A stretch of DNA of 64,000 nucleotides from a virus: the IMG/VR virus record IMGVR_UViG_3300015615_001189, positions 8,497 to 72,496 of that record; one strand, written 5' to 3'. The stretch's first letter is position 1. Each line of letters begins with the position of its first letter. Made by a program: the position numbers and the translations under genes. The notes beneath the pieces are model-generated. The model made no database searches, was not told the origin of the DNA, and worked only from the letters and a program-made list of their open reading frames with translations. Positions 27,356 to 36,118 of this stretch are shown piece after piece.

Positions 27356-28681
27356 TCAGGGCATCGGCGAAGTGTAGGCGATGCCGAAGCTCGACCACGG
27401 AGCAGGGACCGGAATGTATTGCCCGGCACCAGGAGCGCCGAAGGACACGGCGAACTCGAAACACTTCCGGCAATTTGTCTTCGGGATGTCCGGATTGGTT
27501 TCGCACTTTGTCCGGCAGGCGAGCATGGACTCCTGGCACCTGACACCCTCATCGACCGTGACGGGCACGGCGTTGCGCAGGCAGTTTTGCTGCGCGACCC
27601 AGCAGGCGAGGTAACAATCATCGAGTTTGCTGGCGCCCCGGGCCTTGATACAGCAGACAAAAGCCGCCCCCGCCCGCGCGATGCCTTCGGCCAGCACGCG
27701 GCGCGCAGCGTCGTCCACGCAGCCCTGACGGCACTGCGCCGCAGCCGATGGCGACTCTTCCTCGCCGCACTTCGCGTCGCACAACGCAGCCTCCGCCGGG
27801 CCGAGCAGGAACTGGAGGTGAGCAGCGGCCTCGATCACCCCAACGCATTGGTTGAGTTGGGCGTCGCACACAGGCCGCTTGAAGCGCGAAGCATCGGCGA
27901 GGATCATCTGCCGACTCTGGCACTCGTTGAGGCAGAGGTGGGCTTCGTAGTGCACATCCCGCAGATTCTTTTGGCGCTCAACATTCGCCGTCGTCATGCA
28001 CACGCCATAGCCGGCGGTACAGGAAGCCAGCGACCGGGCGCTCTCGTCCGCGCACGCTGCGATGCACCCGGGATTATCTCCGCACGCTTCGCCGCACGAT
28101 GAGCCGACGATGAGCGCCTCTTCGATACAAGAGGACTGCCGGATGTCGCATCCCTCGACAGCGGACAGATACGCACGTTCGATGGGATGCCCGGCCAGCG
28201 CAGAGTCTTTGGCGCACAGTCCGGCGCAGGCCGAGAAGACGAACCCCGACCGCCCCTCGCGCCTCTCGCACGTCTGTTCCAAATCGTTGACCGCCCCGAG
28301 GCGGCAGTTGCCGAAATCGAGTTGGAACCGCTGTGCGCACTCGCCGCGGCAGGCAATGTCGGCGCGCTCAGTCAGGGCGTTGCACGCGATGAGTTGGCGA
28401 CCGCACTCCGATTCGCTGGTCATGCCCGCCACGCAGTCGTCGTAAGCGGCATCGCACGCGAGGGCGAGATTATCCGACTGCTCGATGCAGGTGTTCTCGC
28501 ACGCGGTATGCGTCGCACTCGCCTCCGGGCATTGCAGCAACGCGGCATACCTCGCGGTGCGGGCGACGGAGCACGATTGCAGGCACCTCCCCAGCCTCAC
28601 GGAATCGCGCGACTCCCGGTAACAGGCCACATCGCAGTCACAGAGGGGCTGCCAGTCTGCTTCGCAGGGAAAAAGGTTCAT
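27356..28681 (-). CDS. Cys-rich protein (45 Cys in 441 aa) with symmetric Cys spacing
   Basis: ATG 28681 in ATGA overlap with upstream gene; CxxxC/Cx6C/Cx10C patterns. Confidence 0.8.
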   Translation of the reverse strand: MNLFPCEADWQPLCDCDVACYRESRDSVRLGRCLQSCSVARTARYAALLQCPEASATHTACENTCIEQSDNLALACDAAYDDCVAGMTSESECGRQLIACNALTERADIACRGECAQRFQLDFGNCRLGAVNDLEQTCERREGRSGFVFSACAGLCAKDSALAGHPIERAYLSAVEGCDIRQSSCIEEALIVGSSCGEACGDNPGCIAACADESARSLASCTAGYGVCMTTANVERQKNLRDVHYEAHLCLNECQSRQMILADASRFKRPVCDAQLNQCVGVIEAAAHLQFLLGPAEAALCDAKCGEEESPSAAAQCRQGCVDDAARRVLAEGIARAGAAFVCCIKARGASKLDDCYLACWVAQQNCLRNAVPVTVDEGVRCQESMLACRTKCETNPDIPKTNCRKCFEFAVSFGAPGAGQYIPVPAPWSSFGIAYTSPMP

Positions 28682-29028
28682 CCGTGGCGGAAGACCAGCA
28701 GCGCGAGATAATAGACAGCGAGCGTGAGCGGCCACAGCCCGAACGGGAGGCACACGGCGAGGGCGAACCACATGCCGAGGCAATTCGGGCATGATAGCAA
28801 ACTACCGAGAAAGGATAGGATGCGCCCTCGCGGGGCTAACTCACCGAGCAAGAAGCCGGGATAGTTACCTTGACCGTCCGCCTTTTTGATCGCGGCGTAA
28901 TAGTCATTAGTTTTGAAGACACGACCCAAGCCGAGGAAATCCGCATATTGAGGCACCACATTAGTGCGGAACCAAAGGTGCAGGAGCGCGGCAACGCTAA
29001 GACTGGCGACGAGGAGAGAGGTGAGCAT
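28678..29028 (-). CDS. DUF1360-like membrane protein with CPNC motif
   Basis: Hydrophobic segments and GSLLSCPNCLGMW. Confidence 0.7.
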   Translation of the reverse strand: MLTSLLVASLSVAALLHLWFRTNVVPQYADFLGLGRVFKTNDYYAAIKKADGQGNYPGFLLGELAPRGRILSFLGSLLSCPNCLGMWFALAVCLPFGLWPLTLAVYYLALLVFRHG

Positions 29029-29224
29029 GACGTGGGCAGAGCGGTTGATTGCGATGCTGGAGCCCGAGCAGCGGGCGATCGAGAAGCGAGCAGTGCAGTC
29101 CTTCCCGGTGTTCGCACGCATCGCACACGGCGGCGCGTTGAAGACTCAGCGGCAGGCTCGCAGGCAGGCTCGGCACTGCCGCGACAGGATGGGCGTTCGG
29201 CGTGGGTGATCCGCAGCAGGGCAT
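28997..29224 (-). CDS. Small Cys-rich protein
   Basis: MPCCG ... RAAVCDACE ... C ... CP; fills gap in the minus-strand operon. Confidence 0.55.
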   Translation of the reverse strand: MPCCGSPTPNAHPVAAVPSLPASLPLSLQRAAVCDACEHREGLHCSLLDRPLLGLQHRNQPLCPRHAHLSPRRQS

Positions 29225-29226
29225 GG

Positions 29227-29961
29227 CTACGTGACGTTCCATCGGGCAATGTGCTGGCCGAACCACGGGTAGGGATAAACGACCGTCGTTTCGCCCGTGG
29301 CGCACGTTTGCTGCATGATAAGATGCGTGTTCACGTTCTGAATCACGATCACCGCGTCATCGCCGTCACCCACGATGATGCCCGGCGGATCGAACTCGAA
29401 ATCGTCTTCTGCCCCCACGACATAACCGAGTTCAAGATAACATCCGCGCTGTGCCCGATTCGGGAACGGCAACCCCGGATGATAGCTAATGGCCTCGGGA
29501 TAACCCGCCCACTTGGGGCCGTGCCGAATGCGGGCCGAAGTGGCTTCCCGGTTCGCGTCCACGGCGATGTCCAAGTAGATGTAATCGCCCTTGTTCACCG
29601 TGAACGGCGCTCCGAGTCCGGTGATCGTCACCTTATCGCCGGCATTGATGGACCTCGCGAGGTGGGAGTGAATGTTGATGAGCACCTTTCGCTCACCGGC
29701 CGCTTCGCTGGCGTCGAAGAATTGGAATGGCGTGCCGACTTGGAAATCCCGACCCACCCGACGCCCGAGCACCTCCACCAGCAGCCCGGAGGCGTCGAAC
29801 ACTTTTTGCGGCTCAAAAGGCCGCAACACCTCCACGAGCGCCTCGTGCTCCTTCGCCGTCAACCGGCTCGCATGGAGCAACTGGTTGAGCATCTGGCGAT
29901 GCGCAGCGTTCTCCTCGTCGAACTGGCCGGGCGGGAAAAGAGCGGAAAGAGGGCGCGGCAT
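29227..29961 (-). CDS. Hypothetical beta-rich protein (tail/adsorption-like)
   Basis: First gene of minus-strand operon; normal codon usage. Confidence 0.65.
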   Translation of the reverse strand: MPRPLSALFPPGQFDEENAAHRQMLNQLLHASRLTAKEHEALVEVLRPFEPQKVFDASGLLVEVLGRRVGRDFQVGTPFQFFDASEAAGERKVLINIHSHLARSINAGDKVTITGLGAPFTVNKGDYIYLDIAVDANREATSARIRHGPKWAGYPEAISYHPGLPFPNRAQRGCYLELGYVVGAEDDFEFDPPGIIVGDGDDAVIVIQNVNTHLIMQQTCATGETTVVYPYPWFGQHIARWNVT

Positions 29962-30023
29962 TTCTCGCCTGTGGTATCACATCCCGATTGACTAATCACC
30001 GGGAAAGTGCTCTTTCGCAGGTA

Positions 30024-31169
30024 ATGGACCCCGAGATTCAGGTGCAAACCGATTCATCGAGCCAAACAACGGCTCCCGATCCGACGCCTGCCGCCACCGC
30101 GGCACCGGCCCCGGCTGTGGGAGATACTCCGCAAACTCAACCCGAACCAATCAACCCATCGCCGGCAGCGGCTGACGTTGATCCGGAGGCGATGAGCGCG
30201 GAGGAGTATGCGAGTGCCGTAGCGAAATTTCGCGCCGGGGAGGAACCGCAGGGACAAGCGCCCGCGGACCCGACCGCCGACGAGCCGCCAGCCGAGCCCG
30301 CACCCACAGGGGATGAACCGCCCACGGCTGAGCCGACGGCGGACCCGGAGCCGCCAAAGCCCGCAGCCGATCCTGAGCCTGACGCCAAGGGCGATTTCCG
30401 CCCGCGCCTCGGCAAACTGCCCGACCGGCAGAAGGAGGTAGTCGCGCTGGTGAAGAAGCTGAGTGACGAAGGCAAGGCCATCACCTTCGCGGAAGCCGAG
30501 AAGCGCGTGAACGCGCTCTATGGCGACGTGGAGCCGACGGACACGCCACCCGCACCCGCACAGCCCAAGGTTTCCGACATCGACGCGAAGATCAACGATC
30601 TGCGCGCGCAGCGGAAGGAAGCGGCCAAAATCGCGGATACGGAGAAGATTGTCGAACTGGATGATGCGATCGACGCGGCCAAGAGCGAACGCGAACAGGC
30701 GCAACGCGCCGAAGCGGACGCCGAACAGACCCGCGCCGAGGTTTACGCTCGCGATGTCCAGGCTTCCAAGGACAAGGCTCGCCAGTATTTCCCGGCCATC
30801 GCCGACAAGGCCGGCGCGCTCTCCCAAAAGTTCGACGAACTCTTGGCGCGCTACGAAGCTGACCCCGTTTTGAAAGAATTTCTCGATGCCCCCGATGCGC
30901 CATGGCGACTGACTGTTGCCGCGGCGAATGAACTCGGCATCGCCCCTGTGGACCCGAAAGCCGCCAAGCCGGCGGCTCCGAAAACTCCTCCGTCCTCACC
31001 GCCCCCGCATCAACCTCAACCGCGTCCGGCGATCCAGCCGGCTAGTGGCGCTGCACGCAGCGTCCAGCCGAACAGCCCAATCGGGCAACTGGAAGCCGAA
31101 CTCGACGCGGCCAAATCGGCTGACGATTACGACAAGGTGAAGGAAAAGTATCTCGCCGCCACGGCGTAG
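30024..31169 (+). CDS. Capsid scaffolding protein
   Basis: Acidic Pro-rich N-terminus, coiled coil and short C-terminal helix, directly upstream of capsid. Confidence 0.8.
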   Translation: MDPEIQVQTDSSSQTTAPDPTPAATAAPAPAVGDTPQTQPEPINPSPAAADVDPEAMSAEEYASAVAKFRAGEEPQGQAPADPTADEPPAEPAPTGDEPPTAEPTADPEPPKPAADPEPDAKGDFRPRLGKLPDRQKEVVALVKKLSDEGKAITFAEAEKRVNALYGDVEPTDTPPAPAQPKVSDIDAKINDLRAQRKEAAKIADTEKIVELDDAIDAAKSEREQAQRAEADAEQTRAEVYARDVQASKDKARQYFPAIADKAGALSQKFDELLARYEADPVLKEFLDAPDAPWRLTVAAANELGIAPVDPKAAKPAAPKTPPSSPPPHQPQPRPAIQPASGAARSVQPNSPIGQLEAELDAAKSADDYDKVKEKYLAATA

Positions 31170-31258
31170 GAACGCTTTCGCCCGGATCGTCATTCCGCTG
31201 CCTGTCGCAGCGGCGCGCATGAGTGCCAGCAACCGGTTGCCCTCAACCAGCAACTACC

Positions 31259-32779
31259 ATGGCACAGACTACCAACGCCAACACGGCGTCCACGCTTAAA
31301 GCGCAGTCCGCGAACTTCCTTCCCAAGATGTGGAAGAAGGGCGCGGAAATCTCGGAGGGGAACAACGACTTCTTCATGGAGTTCGAGGGCAAAGGCGCCC
31401 GTTCCCCCATCCGCGTCGAGACCGACTTCAACAAAGATGCCGGTCAGAAAATCACCTTCCGCACCATGGCCGGCCTGTACGGCGATGGTGTGATCGGCGA
31501 CGAACTCATCGGCGATACCGTCGAGGAGTGGAAAGTCGGCGAATACGAGCTCGAGGTGGATTACATCCGCCACGCCACCCGGCACAACAAACGCACCGAG
31601 GATCAGACCGCGCTCCGCGAGGAGCTCAACAACGGCATGAACGAGGAACTCGGCGCGTGGCTCGGCCGCAAGAAGACCAAGCACCTCACGATGATGCTCC
31701 GCGAGAAGCTGCACGCGACGTCGCAGCTCTTCGCTGGCAACGTCGGGGCACTGGCCGATCTGCGCAGCGATCACGTGATCTCCATGGATTACATCATCCA
31801 GTGGGGCACGCAGCTTCAGACCATGGGCGGCAAGCCCGCCATGATCGGGCGCGACGGCAACAACCCGATCCTGCGCTACATCCTCGTGGCCGTGAACGAG
31901 GCGCTCACCTCGCTGCGCCAGGCCAGCGACTACAAGCAGGCCCAGCGTGACAGCGGCGTGCGCGGCTCGGAGAACCTCATCTTCAAGGGCGGTTACTCCA
32001 TGGTGAACGGTCACGTCATCAAGGAATACACCCCGCTCGACCACGATGGGCGCGGCGCGATCGGCTCGGCGATGAACGCGAAGGCGCTCCTCGGCGTGGC
32101 TATCACCGCCGATGACGAAGTGCAGGACATCAAGGGCGGCGGCAACTCCACCAACGCGGCCATCACCACGGCCAAGTATTACGAGTTCTTCTCGCTCTAC
32201 GCCTACCGTTTCACGCCCGCTGACATCCTCGGCAGCGGCACGGACGGCCCGAGCGGTGCGAACCCGGCCTTCAGCGGCAACCGTCATGTGCTCATCTACA
32301 ACCTCGCCGCCGGCCCCGGGGGCGGCAACGCGGGGAAGATGGGCTTCTACGAATACAGCGCCAACAACGGCAACAAGCTGACGATGGCCAAGCGGCTGCG
32401 TGCGGCGGGCGAAGTGACGGGCGACAACATCTCGTTCACGACCATCGGCGGCGTCACGTGGGACACCGGGGTGTGGGCGGGCAAGCACACGGACAACCAC
32501 GCCGCGGGATCCGTCGTCATCGAGACGAACAGCTACGGCGTGCCGCTCGGGCGTTCGTTCATGCTCGGCGCGGACGGGGCGAAGCGCGGCTACGGCCGCT
32601 ATCGCAACGAACGCACGACGGACGAGTACGAGGGCAAGTTCGTGAAAGACACGTTCATCACGAGCGTGTTCGGCCAGTCGCCGACGAAGCGCAGCGACGG
32701 GCGCACGCCCAATGCGCTGTGCATCACGCACGCGATCAAATATGCGGGCTTGCCGAATATTCCGGACGTGCTGAGCTAA
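31259..32779 (+). CDS. Major capsid protein, N4-gp56/DUF4043-like
   Basis: SPIRVETDFNKDAGQKITF...GDGVIGDE...IRHA; very strong codon bias. Confidence 0.88.
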   Translation: MAQTTNANTASTLKAQSANFLPKMWKKGAEISEGNNDFFMEFEGKGARSPIRVETDFNKDAGQKITFRTMAGLYGDGVIGDELIGDTVEEWKVGEYELEVDYIRHATRHNKRTEDQTALREELNNGMNEELGAWLGRKKTKHLTMMLREKLHATSQLFAGNVGALADLRSDHVISMDYIIQWGTQLQTMGGKPAMIGRDGNNPILRYILVAVNEALTSLRQASDYKQAQRDSGVRGSENLIFKGGYSMVNGHVIKEYTPLDHDGRGAIGSAMNAKALLGVAITADDEVQDIKGGGNSTNAAITTAKYYEFFSLYAYRFTPADILGSGTDGPSGANPAFSGNRHVLIYNLAAGPGGGNAGKMGFYEYSANNGNKLTMAKRLRAAGEVTGDNISFTTIGGVTWDTGVWAGKHTDNHAAGSVVIETNSYGVPLGRSFMLGADGAKRGYGRYRNERTTDEYEGKFVKDTFITSVFGQSPTKRSDGRTPNALCITHAIKYAGLPNIPDVLS

Positions 32780-32808
32780 GCACCAAGCACCGGAACGTCA
32801 CCTAACTC

Positions 32809-32849
32809 TCCGCCGGGCCGTCGCAGTGGGCGGCGCGCCCGGCGGGAGC
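32809..32849 (+). terminator. GC-rich hairpin after capsid gene
   Basis: CCGCCGGGC ... GCCCGGCGG; no clear U tract. Confidence 0.4.
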
Positions 32850-32887
32850 GAGGGATAGGCAGGAAACCTCAACTACTCCCGCGCACC

Positions 32888-33409
32888 ATGTCCCGTTACC
32901 TGATCTACGTTCCCGCCCTCCACCGCTGCCCGCCGTTCAAGTTCTACGGCAAGAGTGGCAAAGCCTACGTCGTGCGATGGAGCGACGCGCACAAGGCGAT
33001 GTGCGTCGAGGGCACGGACTGCAGCGCGGCGGACTTCGACCGGATCGGGGCAGACTTGGGCGAGGCGACGCGCGAACAGAACGACGTGCAGGTATTTGCG
33101 CGACGCGTGCCTGCGCCGGATGAAACGTCGGCGATGCCGACCCTTGGCGGCGGAGCGGCTCCGCAAGAACTGACGCGGGTGTGCGGGATGCTCGGCGCCG
33201 CCGAGGAAGCCAATGGCCGGCTCTCTCGAGAGAACCGGGAACTGCGCGACGAAAACGCGGCGCTGCGTGCTGGCAAAGGCCTGCCGGAGCGCACGAACAC
33301 ACCGCAGACACCGCCACCACCGCAGCCGCCCGCGAACGCCGCGCCACAGGTGCCTGCTGGCGAAGTGCCGAAAGGACACGAAGGAACCTACGACCCGGAC
33401 GACCTTTAA
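32888..33409 (+). CDS. Hypothetical post-capsid protein
   Basis: ORF in structural operon. Confidence 0.7.
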   Translation: MSRYLIYVPALHRCPPFKFYGKSGKAYVVRWSDAHKAMCVEGTDCSAADFDRIGADLGEATREQNDVQVFARRVPAPDETSAMPTLGGGAAPQELTRVCGMLGAAEEANGRLSRENRELRDENAALRAGKGLPERTNTPQTPPPPQPPANAAPQVPAGEVPKGHEGTYDPDDL

Positions 33410-33412
33410 CCG

Positions 33413-34174
33413 ATGACCCTCCGCCAAGTCTTCGACAACGCGATTCAGCCTTTGAACATCGAGCGCGGGGACAACTCGCCCGTGTTCATCCGCGAGCGCG
33501 TGGTGACGGACATCAACGCGGCGGTGCAGATGATCGCCACAGCGCCGAAGTGCGAGTATTTCCTGCGCGAAGAGGAGAGCCTGAACCTGGTGGCGGGCAC
33601 CGCCAGCTACGACCTCAACGCGAACGTGCTGAACGTGTATCTGCCGGCCCGACTTGGCGACGGCGCGCCTCTTACCGAACTCGGCTCGCGCGGCGAGTAT
33701 GATCGGTTCGGGCAGCTTTACCTCGGCAAGACGAGCGCGGGCCCCACAAGCGGCAAACCCATCGCGCTGTTCGTCCAGCGCCGGAAACGCACCGGAGACG
33801 CCGATGCCGTGAAAACCCAGGTGCTTTTCGCACCCACGCCGAACTCGGCTTACACCTGCACTGTCGAAGTCAGCCGGGTGCCGGGCGTTTACACGGTGGC
33901 AGACCTCGCCACGCCTTCACCGACGGTGCCGATGCCGCATGAGTTCGTGGAGTCGATTCTTTTGCCGATCGTGCGCTGGAACGTGCGCACGTCTCACTTC
34001 TTCAACCGGAACGATCTTCTGCCAAGCATGGCGCAGGAGTACGCCGCGGCGCTCGAGGCGCTCGGGCTGGCCGATCCGCAGACTGACAAGCGGGACGCGG
34101 ACAGCGACCTGATGGAACGCAAAAAGGCCGCGGCCCGGGATGCCGCACGCCGAGCCTACGCCTCCACGACATGA
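33413..34174 (+). CDS. Head-tail adaptor-like protein
   Basis: LNLVAGTASYDL, GKP, FAPTP and P.MP.EF..ILL motifs of podovirus adaptors. Confidence 0.7.
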   Translation: MTLRQVFDNAIQPLNIERGDNSPVFIRERVVTDINAAVQMIATAPKCEYFLREEESLNLVAGTASYDLNANVLNVYLPARLGDGAPLTELGSRGEYDRFGQLYLGKTSAGPTSGKPIALFVQRRKRTGDADAVKTQVLFAPTPNSAYTCTVEVSRVPGVYTVADLATPSPTVPMPHEFVESILLPIVRWNVRTSHFFNRNDLLPSMAQEYAAALEALGLADPQTDKRDADSDLMERKKAAARDAARRAYASTT

Positions 34175-35037
34175 CGAGCGTCCAACTTGCCAGCATTTGC
34201 TCGCGCAACCTGCGCCAGCCGGACCTTTCCCTGATGCCGGCGAGTGTGCTGCGCGAGGTGCTCGTGGCGATCAACGCCGCGTTGCAGGAATTTTACGCGC
34301 AACTGCCCGGCGCGCACAAGCGCACCACGGTATCGGAGATCCTGCGCGCGCCCGAAACGGTCGCTTACGAGTTCGCCGCCCGATACGCGCAACAGACGCT
34401 CAACACGCCGTTCACGGCGTCGATGCGCGGTTGCACGGTGCTCATCGGCGACGATCCGCAGCCCAACGAAGTGGTGAGCAACAACGCAGTGCTGGACGGG
34501 TTCATGGGGCAGGCGCTCACGGGCAATGCCGTGGTGTATCACGATGCCGTGCCGCTCTACGACGTGATCGAGCGGGCGACCAGTGCCGTGCGGCTCTATC
34601 GTTCCGGTGCGTGCGTGCACGAGCTCAAGCGGTGCGAAGATTTCCGCGCCAAGGTGCGGGCATGCGGCAGCCCGACGCACTACTACCTTGAGCCGTGCGG
34701 GAGCAGCCAGGGAGCGGACCCGGAGTTTCTCCTGCGCGTGCACCCGATGCCCGACGGGGATTACAAAATTCGATTCGAGGCGGAACTGGCCACCATCCGT
34801 GTCACGTTCGCGCAAGTGCAAGGCGCCGCGGTCAACCTGCCGGTGAACGATCGCTTTTGCGAAAGCATCCTGCTTCCGCTCACCGAGGAAAAACTGCTCG
34901 TCTCGCCTGCGTGGGCCGACCCGACCAAGGCCCGGGAGATTCACAATGCCGCCGACGGCGCACGCGCGGCGCTGCGATTGGTACCGCAAGACGTGGGCTT
35001 GCCCGATAACACCGTCGGCACGGAGGAGGGATTCTAA
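34171..35037 (+). CDS. Second adaptor-like tail protein
   Basis: Paralogous motifs INAALQ, GSPTHY, VHPMPD, ESILLP. Confidence 0.65.
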   Translation: MTSVQLASICSRNLRQPDLSLMPASVLREVLVAINAALQEFYAQLPGAHKRTTVSEILRAPETVAYEFAARYAQQTLNTPFTASMRGCTVLIGDDPQPNEVVSNNAVLDGFMGQALTGNAVVYHDAVPLYDVIERATSAVRLYRSGACVHELKRCEDFRAKVRACGSPTHYYLEPCGSSQGADPEFLLRVHPMPDGDYKIRFEAELATIRVTFAQVQGAAVNLPVNDRFCESILLPLTEEKLLVSPAWADPTKAREIHNAADGARAALRLVPQDVGLPDNTVGTEEGF

Positions 35038-35535
35038 ATGCGGATCAAAGCCGAAAACCTACAGGCGTTCATCGTGCAGAAGATTTCTGCGATTCGCGCG
35101 GCGTGCGAAGAACTGCGCGAGGCGGGAATCATCGCGGAGTTGCCCGAGAAAGTGGATTTCACCGTGGAAGTGATCCACGCGCAGCAGGCGCTCAATGTGG
35201 TGACGACCACGAGCGGCACGACCAGCAAGACCGCGACGGGCACCAAGCCGGAGATCGTGGAAACCAACCTGCGCACCGGCGGCGGGCAGATCACGAACGA
35301 GAACGGGCGCGAGTCGGGTTACGATACCACGCACCGGGAGTCGGAAGATCGAACAAATGCTAGCTCACAGGCCTCGGAATATACGCGGACGACGGAGGCT
35401 CATGGCACGACCGAAACGCAGACGGTGGACCTGACAGACACAGCCGACGAAGACGTGACGAACGACCAGCGCGGCGAGCAACACAGCCAGCAGGGCGGCG
35501 CTACCACCACCACCACGGAGAAATCCTATGCCTAA
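35038..35535 (+). CDS. Thr/Glu-rich tail protein (N-terminal half of a split pair)
   Basis: Helix plus VDFTVEV, then about 120 aa of T/S/E-rich sequence. Confidence 0.65.
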   Translation: MRIKAENLQAFIVQKISAIRAACEELREAGIIAELPEKVDFTVEVIHAQQALNVVTTTSGTTSKTATGTKPEIVETNLRTGGGQITNENGRESGYDTTHRESEDRTNASSQASEYTRTTEAHGTTETQTVDLTDTADEDVTNDQRGEQHSQQGGATTTTTEKSYA

Positions 35536-35965
35536 GTGGCTTGAATCCCGCATCGATCAAGTCGTCTCCGCCGGCCAGGCGGAGGACACCTCACACTCCG
35601 GCAACTCGCACCGGGTCACGCACGGCACGCAGCGGAAAACTGGCACCACGATCAATGCCCGCGGCGGACGCGATGCGCGAGAATCAGTCTCCGACAAGAC
35701 TGTTGCCCTCGATACCAAGCACAGCACCCAAACCGAAGACTCCCGCGTAGATCGCCTGCGCGAAACTTCGCGCAACGCGACCGTGACGCAGGGGGACGAA
35801 CGCACCACGCGCACCCAGGCGGCGCATCAACTGACCGACGCGGAGGCCGGCGAGACTTCGCAGACGCAGACGCAGGTGGAGGACGAAGGCGGCACCATCA
35901 CGTTTTCCATCCCGCTGCGCGGCGGGCTCTACAATGAAGGCTCCGCCAATCCGCCCATCGACTAA
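35528..35965 (+). CDS. Thr/Ser-rich tail protein (C-terminal half of a split pair)
   Basis: About 120 aa of T/S/R-rich sequence, then TITFSIPL. Confidence 0.65.
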   Translation: MPKWLESRIDQVVSAGQAEDTSHSGNSHRVTHGTQRKTGTTINARGGRDARESVSDKTVALDTKHSTQTEDSRVDRLRETSRNATVTQGDERTTRTQAAHQLTDAEAGETSQTQTQVEDEGGTITFSIPLRGGLYNEGSANPPID

Positions 35966-35968
35966 CTG

Positions 35969-36118
35969 ATGAACACTCGCATCCCCGGCCAATTCCGCAC
36001 CGAAGACGAAGACGGCGACACTGACCCGGCCATTGAGCGCACCCAGGCGGGACAGCCGCTCGTGACCGAACTCGGCGTGGAGATCACCACGGAAACCGGA
36101 GAAACCATCCTCGTTTAA
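35969..36118 (+). CDS. 49-aa tail protein (below ORF-track cutoff)
   Basis: MNTRIPGQF...LVTELGVEITTETGETILV; TAATG coupling to tail fibre. Confidence 0.65.
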   Translation: MNTRIPGQFRTEDEDGDTDPAIERTQAGQPLVTELGVEITTETGETILV

